Positions 40,375-48,416 of a stretch of DNA of 61,079 bases are shown here, piece after piece (the stretch's first letter is position 1; each line of letters starts with the position of its first letter). Both the position numbers and the translations under genes were made by a program. Below the pieces are notes generated by a model, which worked only from the letters and a program-made list of their open reading frames with translations, did no database searches and was not told the origin of the DNA. Source of the DNA: Candidatus Kuenenia stuttgartensis (GTDB lineage Bacteria > Planctomycetota > Planctomycetia > Planctomycetales > Planctomycetaceae); the NCBI GenBank assembly GCA_945861975.1, contig CAMAXD010000001.1, forward strand, positions 1 to 61,079, read 5' to 3'.

Positions 40375-41169
40375 ATGGAACTCTGGCAGACCTATCTCAT
40401 ACTGTGTCCAGCTGCGGCAATCGCCGGAGCTATCAATTCCGTCGCTGGCGGAGGCACATTGGTTACTTTTCCGGCATTGATGTGGGCTCTGGGCAACGCA
40501 CCCGGCGCTGCAATCATCGCCAATGCGACGAATACCGTCGCTCTTTGCCCCGGTGCGTTTTCGGGATCGTGGGGTTATCGACGCGAACTGAAACAGATGT
40601 GGGACTGGGTTCGCTGGCTGGCCATCCCCAGTATTCTGGGAGGTATCGCCGGTTCAACGATCGTTGTGCTGGCTCCGGAGTCTTCGTTCAAGGCCATGGT
40701 CCCATGGCTGATCGCTCTGGCAACTCTGCTCTTCATTCTGCAACCTCGCCTGACCCCAAAAGCTCCGGCGGAATCCTCATTGGCAAGCCGCAGCCAACGT
40801 TCACAATGGCTGGTCTTCGTGCTGCAGTTGGTTATTGGAATCTATGGCGGATACTTCGGAGCAGGAATTGGGATCCTGATGCTGAGTTCGCTCAGCCTGT
40901 TAAATCTTGGCAACATTCATCACGTGAACGGCCTGAAGACTGTATTGGCCGGATTGATTAATGGCGTGTCTGTGGTCGTGTTCGTCGGCACCGGGAAAGT
41001 GAATTGGGTGCTGGCAATTCCGATGATCGCTTCAGCAATGCTCGGCGGCTGGCTGGGTGCCTCCTGGGCTCGCAAGCTCGACAAGAAGATCATTCGCCGT
41101 GTGGTCATCAGTATCGGGGTTGTTCTGACGGTTTGGTATTTTGGAAAGATGTGGCTAATTGATAGATGA
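40375..41169 (+). CDS. TauE/SafE family sulfite/anion exporter (DUF81)
   Basis: Has the motif INSVAGGGTLVTFPAL and its internal repeat GGYFGAGIGILM. About 8 hydrophobic segments. 264 aa. Confidence 0.88.
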   Translation: MELWQTYLILCPAAAIAGAINSVAGGGTLVTFPALMWALGNAPGAAIIANATNTVALCPGAFSGSWGYRRELKQMWDWVRWLAIPSILGGIAGSTIVVLAPESSFKAMVPWLIALATLLFILQPRLTPKAPAESSLASRSQRSQWLVFVLQLVIGIYGGYFGAGIGILMLSSLSLLNLGNIHHVNGLKTVLAGLINGVSVVVFVGTGKVNWVLAIPMIASAMLGGWLGASWARKLDKKIIRRVVISIGVVLTVWYFGKMWLIDR

Positions 41170-41235
41170 GGATTCAATTTCAACTGTCGGGTGCGTCTGA
41201 ATGAAGACACAAAGAACTCTCGTTTAGGCAGCTTA

Positions 41236-42810
41236 CTAGTTCTGAACAGGAGCAGCAGTTTTCGAGTAGAGCCCGTTGCAAGTCGGATCAAACAACCCAA
41301 CCTGATTCCACGGAGCCACTGCAGAGCTCAGCCATGACTCAAACGCCTGTTCTGCATTTGTTCGATCAGCCGGATCAGCATGACGCGCGACGGCAAGTCG
41401 ATCTCGGGCTTCTTTCAGCATACCTCGAAAATCAGGGTCGTTTGCTCGCAAAAAACTGGTGCGTCCTGAGGCTCCGTCCAGCGACTGCTCCATACTGGTT
41501 GCTGCTGCAAAGTAGAGCATTCCCCAGAGACACCATAAGCGAAATGACGGGATCGCTTCGTAGCAGCCTTCAACCAGCTCATCGACGCAGCGAATCTCTT
41601 CGATCAACGAATCCGAATACCTCCGCAAACCACCATCGCGTTCAACAGCATGCCCCGGCATTAACAGGATCTCAGCCAATCGCGAAACACTGAATAGCGT
41701 ATGAGCAATCCCGGTGCTGTGCAGAGGATCAATGAACCCGGCAGTGTTTGTGATCGCAGCCCAGTTCGAACCTGCAGCCTGCGATGCCAGTCGCTGAATT
41801 CGAGAAGTCTGCTGCAGGCCTGAGTCCGGGCGAACAATGTGAGCATTCCTGAACTGTCGAGTCAGAAATGGTGCTCTCCGAATCCGCCAGTCCCATTCTT
41901 CCTGAGGCGTTGAAAAGGAGCGTCGTACACGCTGAGCACTCGGCCGTTCATCAATCATAAACCCCGCGCTGAGAGTATCGTCGTCGTATCGCAACTGCCA
42001 CATCCATCCGTCCGGACAGACCTGATGAACGGCCGCATCATCGCAGTGATAAGAAAAAACGCCGACGTTAATCTGGCTATCTTTCAACAACTGCTCACAA
42101 GCCGTGGCTCCTTCAAAGTGCGCGAACAAGGATCGCGAATGAGTTTTAAGTGATGCCGTTTGATCGGCAATCCCGAGCGTACTCAGTATTCCCTTTGTGG
42201 AGCCCGTCGCATCGACAATAAACGGTGCCTTAACAAGATACTCCCCGGAAGACTCCAACGTTTCCATTCGCATAGAAGCATTCGACAAGACTGGCTCATC
42301 ACTGGAATCCACTTTCAGGATCCATTCGTCGTCAACCATATCCAGCTGATAAGCACAATTCTGAAAGGTTGCGACACCAGAGGCATTCGCGAGGCGAAAG
42401 ATGAACTGGTCGATATCGCTGCGGAGCCAATGAGTGTCTGAGTACTCGTCGTTGACGCTGGCAGAAACCAGCAGGCGACGGTGATCGAAATTTACAATGG
42501 AAGTATCTTCATCGCTGGTCTGATCAAAGTAGGTAAAGCCTCGTTTCTTGCCACACAGAAGATCCGGATACACACGTTTCCATGATCCCCAATGACACAG
42601 CGGACGCAACTCGGGGAGTTGATAACGATCAGCCATCTGAGCCAAAGTGCGATCCGCCAGCGGGGTCGATGATTCTCCGATCGCGAATCGAGGATGCCGG
42701 CTACGATCCACCATGACCACCGACTTGCCCGCACGAGCCAGTATCAGGGCCAGTAGACTTCCGCCGAATCCGGAGCCGAGAATTAAGACATCGGGAGAAA
42801 GTACAGGCAT
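41236..42810 (-). CDS. FAD-dependent oxidoreductase, flavin-dependent-halogenase-like
   Basis: Has the N-terminal dinucleotide fold DVLILGSGFGGSLLALILARAG, FAIGESSTP, and a degenerate halogenase-like W-x-W motif (DGWMWQLR). 524 aa. Confidence 0.82.
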   Translation of the reverse strand: MPVLSPDVLILGSGFGGSLLALILARAGKSVVMVDRSRHPRFAIGESSTPLADRTLAQMADRYQLPELRPLCHWGSWKRVYPDLLCGKKRGFTYFDQTSDEDTSIVNFDHRRLLVSASVNDEYSDTHWLRSDIDQFIFRLANASGVATFQNCAYQLDMVDDEWILKVDSSDEPVLSNASMRMETLESSGEYLVKAPFIVDATGSTKGILSTLGIADQTASLKTHSRSLFAHFEGATACEQLLKDSQINVGVFSYHCDDAAVHQVCPDGWMWQLRYDDDTLSAGFMIDERPSAQRVRRSFSTPQEEWDWRIRRAPFLTRQFRNAHIVRPDSGLQQTSRIQRLASQAAGSNWAAITNTAGFIDPLHSTGIAHTLFSVSRLAEILLMPGHAVERDGGLRRYSDSLIEEIRCVDELVEGCYEAIPSFRLWCLWGMLYFAAATSMEQSLDGASGRTSFLRANDPDFRGMLKEARDRLAVARHADPADRTNAEQAFESWLSSAVAPWNQVGLFDPTCNGLYSKTAAPVQN

Positions 42811-42858
42811 GACGGATCTGTCACTGAGATGGATAAGGTGGAAGCAGCATCACAATTT

Positions 42859-43761
42859 TCAGGTAACGGATTGTGTCAGATTCATCTGTTCAAGTCTTGA
42901 GATCTGCAACACGGCCGTCTCGGGAGAATCTGCAAACTGTGCGGCATCCCACAAATCGGCAAACACTCGACCACGATTCCAGGACATGGTTTCTCGCAGC
43001 ACGATCTCCAGCGAAGACAAACGAGGCGGTGAGAACAGCCCGACAGACGCAAGTTGCTCCATAATTCCGTTGCCGGTTCTTACCGGAATCACGGCACAAC
43101 AATCAACGCCACACTCGAATGCAAAGCGGACCGAGTCGATGGCCCGCTCAATCCCCTGCTCTTCCGATGTCTCTGGTGGTTTCAACAAAACAAACGCTCG
43201 AATCAAGATGTTCTGCTTCAGCAGCGACTCACAGGCGCGAGCAAAATCATCAACCGTCATTTGTTTGTTGAGTCGCGCGAGCGTTTGCGGATGCGATGTC
43301 TCCAGCCCCAGAGCAACTTCCAGTTGTGTCTCGCACAATTGCTGAAACTCGCCGCAACGGTCATTGCATAACGAAGGATGGTTTTCCACGATCACAGTGT
43401 CAAAGTGTCGGACCCGCTCGGCAATTTCAGACCAATCAGCACGCGGGATCGCTTTCGGATCGAAGAAGTTTCCACTGTTGTACAGCTTGATGTGCCGAGC
43501 AACCGGCAACTGCTGCAGAGCAAAGTCAATCTGCTCCGGAATCGCTCCCACTGGAGTAGCCTGCTCTGTCGTGTTCTTCCAAAGATCGCACATGAGGCAA
43601 TGAAATGGACACTCACGATTAGTGAGAAACACCGTGGCGACGCTCTCTACACAATGATGACGCGAAAACTCATTCTCTACCAGAAAATGGTAGGGGCGAA
43701 ACACATTCACGGCGTTTCGGGATCCGCGGGCGGAGAGAATGTCAGCAGTATTGAATCTCAA
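42859..43761 (-). CDS. radical SAM protein (small, about 300 aa, no SPASM-type C-terminal Cys cluster seen)
   Basis: Has the CxxxCxxC motif in FLTNRECPFHCLMCDLW and a GNFFD (GGE-like) block. The start is uncertain: TTG at 43761, or a GTG 16-18 codons in. Confidence 0.8.
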   Translation of the reverse strand: MRFNTADILSARGSRNAVNVFRPYHFLVENEFSRHHCVESVATVFLTNRECPFHCLMCDLWKNTTEQATPVGAIPEQIDFALQQLPVARHIKLYNSGNFFDPKAIPRADWSEIAERVRHFDTVIVENHPSLCNDRCGEFQQLCETQLEVALGLETSHPQTLARLNKQMTVDDFARACESLLKQNILIRAFVLLKPPETSEEQGIERAIDSVRFAFECGVDCCAVIPVRTGNGIMEQLASVGLFSPPRLSSLEIVLRETMSWNRGRVFADLWDAAQFADSPETAVLQISRLEQMNLTQSVT

Positions 43762-43812
43762 ACGACCTCCGGCAGCATCGAATATCTGATTGCGAAAAAC
43801 AGTCCCATCAAT

Positions 43813-44214
43813 TTAAGGCCAGCTGGTCTCACAGTCCCGTAGTCCGGAAACTTTGTTGAGCCAGAACCAGGCAGAAGTCTCCACCCCGTCAAAGGGAGGC
43901 TGCAGCTTGATGACTCGGCGAGCATACAGCCCTTCATCGACGCCCTCGGCTTCATCAAGTCTCTTGAGGCACTCCGTATCCACCTCATACACCTCGCCCT
44001 GCACCGCAAGTCCTTCTGGCCAGTCTACGAGACCGGGATAAGATCCGAGGTCAAAAATACGGTAGAGCGGACACGTCGTCGCAGGGCCACGAAAGACCTG
44101 TCCCTCAAGAAGATGATGTAGCCCGTGACCGCGTTTGAGAGAACCATAGACAAAGATCAGCGACTTAGGGTCGCGACCATGAAACTCTGCCGAATCACTT
44201 GATGCCGCCGCCAT
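43813..44214 (-). CDS. gamma-glutamylcyclotransferase / AIG2-like family protein
   Basis: Reads IFVYGSLKRGHGLHHLL...YPGLV...GEVYEV, the classic GGACT/AIG2 pattern. 133 aa. Confidence 0.8.
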   Translation of the reverse strand: MAAASSDSAEFHGRDPKSLIFVYGSLKRGHGLHHLLEGQVFRGPATTCPLYRIFDLGSYPGLVDWPEGLAVQGEVYEVDTECLKRLDEAEGVDEGLYARRVIKLQPPFDGVETSAWFWLNKVSGLRDCETSWP

Positions 44215-44264
44215 AAAAGAAGAACCTGCTTCCGATCGTTTTCAATGCACCCAACTCACAAACC

Positions 44265-44690
44265 ATGATTTCATCCCGAACCATGATCACTAAGCACTCT
44301 ACCGAGATTCGCGTCCGCTACAACGAGACGGACGCTATGGGATTCCTGCACCACTCAAACTACCTCTGCTATTTCGAAGTCGGAAGGACGGAACTCTTTC
44401 GAGCACAGGGTGGCAGCTACCGACGGATGGAAGACCTCAAGCTTTACTTTGTCGTCGCCCGGATTGACGTTCGGTACCGCCGACCTGCGAGATACGACGA
44501 CTTGTTGACTTTGCATACGGAAATTGCCCGAGTCACCCCGGCAAAGCTGGAACATTCGTATCGACTCTGTCGAGGCGATGAATTGCTCGCAGAGGCAAAT
44601 TCTGTCATTGCCTGCGTCAACGAAGCCGGCGAAGTTCAGAGAATTCCTGAGGATTTGGTTGGCCTCACCTCCGACACCAGGGCCGAATGA
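44265..44690 (+). CDS. acyl-CoA thioesterase, YbgC/4HBT hot-dog family
   Basis: Reads IRVRYNETDAMGFLHHSNYLCYFEVGRTELFR, with the catalytic Asp in the ETD context. 141 aa. Divergent from the GGCT gene with only a 50-nt spacer. Confidence 0.85.
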   Translation: MISSRTMITKHSTEIRVRYNETDAMGFLHHSNYLCYFEVGRTELFRAQGGSYRRMEDLKLYFVVARIDVRYRRPARYDDLLTLHTEIARVTPAKLEHSYRLCRGDELLAEANSVIACVNEAGEVQRIPEDLVGLTSDTRAE

Positions 44691-44844
44691 TGGAAAAATA
44701 GGTGGGTTGTTTGACAGATTCCGGTCAGTCAATATAGGGTGTATATGAGTTTCGAGTGGCCAACGGGGTTTGGAAGTGTTTTCCAGAACCCTGCACAGGC
44801 CAACTGGCTGAAACACAGCCGTGAAGAGAACAAGGGGTTTTACC

Positions 44845-45258
44845 ATGCGAACATTCGGTCTCGTCCTCGCGTTGGCAGCATTGCTGCTCACCAATACTGC
44901 AGAAGCCGGTCAAAGCTGCTGCAAGCCTGCTAAGTGCAAGCCGGTTAAGTGCAAAATCCAGAAGTGCAAGCCAGCCCGCGTAAAGTGCTGCAAGCCAGAA
45001 CCAACCTGCTGCGAAGCTGCTCCAACATGCTGCCAGGCAGCACCAAGCTGTGAATCATCATGCGGTCGCAGCTGCGGCACACCAAGCTGTGAGTCATCAT
45101 GCGGTTCAGCATGTGGCGCCAGCACTGGTTGTGCAAGCGGGGCTTGTGGAACAGCTGCACCAGCTGCCGCTCCAGCAGCAGCTCCAGCCGCCGTTGATGC
45201 ACCTGCACCTCCAGCTGAAGCAGCTCCGGCAGCTCCAGAAGCTGCGCCAGCCAAGTAA
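44845..45258 (+). CDS. exported cysteine-rich repeat protein with Ala/Pro-rich tail (hypothetical)
   Basis: Signal MRTFGLVLALAALLLTNTAEA. Then 19 Cys in about 85 aa arranged as CKPxK / CCxxxPT / CxSS pentamer-like repeats. Then AAPAAAPAAAPAA...PEAAPAK. Start at ATG 44845 preferred to GTG 44821. Confidence 0.7.
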   Translation: MRTFGLVLALAALLLTNTAEAGQSCCKPAKCKPVKCKIQKCKPARVKCCKPEPTCCEAAPTCCQAAPSCESSCGRSCGTPSCESSCGSACGASTGCASGACGTAAPAAAPAAAPAAVDAPAPPAEAAPAAPEAAPAK

Positions 45259-45425
45259 TTTGGACCCGCTTTGGTTCGTAGAATCATCGTTTTCGGATCG
45301 CCAGCCTCCTGCTCACACAAGGTTCTGGATGCTGGCGAATGCGGGTCTCAGAGAGATCTCCGAAATGGGGCCTAAAGGTCCCTTTTAAGCATGTTTCTGC
45401 ATTAATAACCAATGGCTCAACGTTG

Positions 45426-45448
45426 AAACGGCAGGGATGCCGTTTTTT
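45426..45448 (+). terminator. intrinsic terminator between the Cys-rich gene and marR-like gene
   Basis: 8-bp stem AAACGGCA / TGCCGTTT, loop GGGA, with the T-run continuing to 45448. Confidence 0.55.
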
Positions 45449-45501
45449 CATGCGCAGACGCTTGTCTTGACAAGTGTCGTCGAAACGTCCATGCTTTCTT
45501 T

Positions 45502-45993
45502 ATGACATCGTCAGCCAAGCCGAAGAGTGGAAAGCGATTTGATTCCCCGGAACAGGAAGCCTTCCTGAACCTCTGGAGAACCTATGACTGCCTGAAAGCT
45601 CTGGAAGACGAACTGTTTGGCACCTACCAGCTATCTGCTCAGCAATACAATGCACTGCGTTTATTGAGATCTGTACATCCGGCTTCGATGCAAACGTTGG
45701 CACTTGGCAAGCGGCTGATCTCCCGCGGGCCGGACACCACCCGAATGCTCGATCGTCTGGAGCAGCGCCAGTTCATCGTCCGGGAACGGCGTAGTGAAAA
45801 CCGCCGAGTCGTTGAGATCGCTATCACAACACAGGGCCTCGCGCTCCTGGATGAAATGACAAAAACCGTTCGAGAAATGCACGAACGGCAACTTGGACAC
45901 TTAAGTCGTACCGAACAGCAGGATCTTATCACGCTGCTGAAGCGGATTCGTGAACCTCATGAAGATGCCAGTTGTGACTGGTTGGACGAATAA
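45502..45993 (+). CDS. MarR family transcriptional regulator
   Basis: Winged-helix pattern LSAQQYNALRLL...TLALGKRLISRGPDTTRMLDRLEQRQFIVRERRSENRRVVEIAIT. 163 aa. Lies 18 nt upstream of the next gene. Confidence 0.88.
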   Translation: MTSSAKPKSGKRFDSPEQEAFLNLWRTYDCLKALEDELFGTYQLSAQQYNALRLLRSVHPASMQTLALGKRLISRGPDTTRMLDRLEQRQFIVRERRSENRRVVEIAITTQGLALLDEMTKTVREMHERQLGHLSRTEQQDLITLLKRIREPHEDASCDWLDE

Positions 45994-46011
45994 CACGAGA
46001 GGGCGAACACC

Positions 46012-48195
46012 ATGAAAACCTCATTCCTGACAATTCTGGGCATCTATGCAGTCAGTGCTGCGGCATTGGCTGAGGACTGGCCACACTGGCGCGGTCCTCA
46101 TCATGATGGCCAGTCGTTTGAGACCAATCTTCCGGACAAATGGTCTCCCAAAGGCGAGAACCTGCTTTGGCGCAAGGAGGAATTTGCCAGCCGCTCTTCA
46201 CCAGTCGTGATGAATGATCGCGTCTATCTCGTCTGCCGTGCTTTCCCTGAGACGGAGAAAGAGGGCGAAAAAACAGTCTGCCTGAATGCAAAAACAGGCG
46301 AACTGATCTGGGAGAGCATTCACAACATCTATCTATCCGACGCACCAGCAGAGCGTGTTGGCTGGTCCAGTGTTGTTGCTGATCCTGCGAGTGACACCGT
46401 GTTCATTTTAGGACTCGGTTGTGTTTTCCAGTGTCTTGATGGCAAGACCGGAACAGTGCTGTGGGAACACTCCATGAGCGAAGAATACGGGATGCTTTCG
46501 ACCTACGGTGGCCGAACCAACTTTCCCGTTGTCTTTGAGGATCTGGTTATCATCAGCGGAGTCATGACGGGCTGGGGAGAAACCGCCGTTCCCGCTCATC
46601 GCTTCGTGGCATTTGATAAGAAGACAGGCGTCGCTCAGTGGCTCAAGAGCACCAAACTGCGCCCGGAAGACACCACTTACAGTACACCTGTCCTTACAAC
46701 ATTCAAAGGTCAGGCTGCAATGGTCGTCGGTGCCGGTGATGGAGCGTTTTACGCGATCCAGCCCCGTACTGGAAAAACGATTTGGAAGTATCAGGCGTCA
46801 ACTCGAGGTCTGAACACGAGCGCATTAATTGACGAAAATGGTATCGTTTACTGCGGACATGCTGAGCAGAACGCTAACGACACAACGACTCTGGGTGCGA
46901 TCTTTGCCTTTGACGGAAATGTCGAAGGCGAAATCACCGAAGACAAACTTTTGTGGAAGATCCCCAAACGAGCTGTTGGCCGAAACTGTGCCGTCAAACT
47001 TGGCGACCGCGTTTACTACATCGAAGACGGTGCCACGCTGGTCATTGTAGATGCAAAGACCGGTGAGCTGGTCGGTCAGAAAAAGCTTGGTCGTATTATG
47101 TTCGGCAGCCCAATGGTGGCCGATGGCAAGATCTATGTCGCAGAGAATACGGGTCGGTTCTATGTCCTGAAGCCGAGTGAAAAAGGTGTAGACGTGGTCA
47201 GTGAAGCTCGACTCGGTCAGGGCGAAGAGGTCTTCGGTTCACCAGTCGTCTCCAATGGGCGAATCTTTCTCCCATCGATTGAGGCTCTGTACTGCATCGG
47301 AAAGCCTGACGCATCGGCAACGAAACCAACGCGTTCGAAACTTGCAGACGAAACACCAGCCGCCAGCGACAAGAAGGTGGCTCAGATTCTGCTCACGCCA
47401 GCTGAACTGTTGATTGGAACCGGCGAAAAGGCCAGCCTGCAGGTCAAAGGATACAACAAGAGTGGTCAGTTCGTGCAACTCATGAAGGATGCCACGATCA
47501 CTGCCGAGGGCGGCGGTTTGGTTTCAAAAGACGGCTCTTATACAGCCCCGGCTTCTGGTCATTCAGCGGTCGTGCTGACAGCAAAGTCCGGCGAAATGAC
47601 AGCCGCGGCCAGAATTCGAGTGGTCCCGCCGCTTCCATGGAAATTTGATTTTTCTAATGACAAAGTCCCGGCAACCTGGATTGGTGCTGACTATCGCCAT
47701 AAACCCGCACCATTGGATGGTGAAAAAGGCCTTGTCAAGATCAGCACAATTCCAAAGGGAACTCGTAGTCAGTCATGGATGGGCTGGACAAATCTGCATG
47801 ACTACACGATTCAGGCGGACTTCAAAGCCACCGAAAAGAACGGACGCCTCCCTGACCTTGGTTTGATCAATCAGCGATACACCATGGACCTGCAGGGTTC
47901 ACAGCGGCTTCAGATTCGCTCGTGGGTTGCACGCCTTGAGCTTCGGTTTGCGAAGACGATCGATATGCAGTGGTCGGCCGACACCTGGTACACGATGAAG
48001 TTTCAAAGTGAAACGAAGGACGGCAATGTCATACTGCGTGGCAAAGTCTGGCGACGTGAAGAAGCAGAGCCCGCAGAGTGGCAAATCGAAGCGGCCGATG
48101 CAACTCCGAATCTGAGTGGAAGTCCAGGGCTCTTTGGAAACGCAACGGACGCAGAATTCTTCGTCGATAATGTTCAGGTCATGTCGAACAACTAA
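46012..48195 (+). CDS. secreted PQQ-like beta-propeller repeat protein with C-terminal Ig-like and concanavalin/LamG-like region
   Basis: Signal peptide, then EDWPHWRGPHHDG and repeated propeller blades (G.V.W...). The C-terminal roughly 270 aa are beta-rich. Confidence 0.88.
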   Translation: MKTSFLTILGIYAVSAAALAEDWPHWRGPHHDGQSFETNLPDKWSPKGENLLWRKEEFASRSSPVVMNDRVYLVCRAFPETEKEGEKTVCLNAKTGELIWESIHNIYLSDAPAERVGWSSVVADPASDTVFILGLGCVFQCLDGKTGTVLWEHSMSEEYGMLSTYGGRTNFPVVFEDLVIISGVMTGWGETAVPAHRFVAFDKKTGVAQWLKSTKLRPEDTTYSTPVLTTFKGQAAMVVGAGDGAFYAIQPRTGKTIWKYQASTRGLNTSALIDENGIVYCGHAEQNANDTTTLGAIFAFDGNVEGEITEDKLLWKIPKRAVGRNCAVKLGDRVYYIEDGATLVIVDAKTGELVGQKKLGRIMFGSPMVADGKIYVAENTGRFYVLKPSEKGVDVVSEARLGQGEEVFGSPVVSNGRIFLPSIEALYCIGKPDASATKPTRSKLADETPAASDKKVAQILLTPAELLIGTGEKASLQVKGYNKSGQFVQLMKDATITAEGGGLVSKDGSYTAPASGHSAVVLTAKSGEMTAAARIRVVPPLPWKFDFSNDKVPATWIGADYRHKPAPLDGEKGLVKISTIPKGTRSQSWMGWTNLHDYTIQADFKATEKNGRLPDLGLINQRYTMDLQGSQRLQIRSWVARLELRFAKTIDMQWSADTWYTMKFQSETKDGNVILRGKVWRREEAEPAEWQIEAADATPNLSGSPGLFGNATDAEFFVDNVQVMSNN

Positions 48196-48416
48196 TTGCT
48201 ATTCCTCGGGCGGCATAAATTGAGGCCGGGCGTTCGCGGGATACCTTTAGAAGTAAGCCTCAATCGTGGCCCCGCACAGTATAAGTTGACTAAAATCGGT
48301 GCAGACGAATAAAGCTCTGCAACTGGCGAAGCAGGTCTTCCGGAAAAGCGAAAGTGCTATTCGTGGCCAGACTTCGACTCGCCTGATTCTTACTTCAATC
48401 CATAAGGAACCGTTCC

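Noticed and set aside
40302-40961. 219-aa ORF overlapping the TauE/SafE gene in another frame.
   Set aside because: The TauE frame (40375..41169) has the family's duplicated GGG/G-rich TM motifs. The alternative frame is Arg/Ser/Gly-rich with no features.
44355-45320. Minus-strand ORFs 44355..44894 (179 aa) and 44910..45320 (136 aa).
   Set aside because: These are antisense to the thioesterase and to the Cys-rich gene. The second is pure Ala/Gly low complexity generated by the GCN-rich sense strand.
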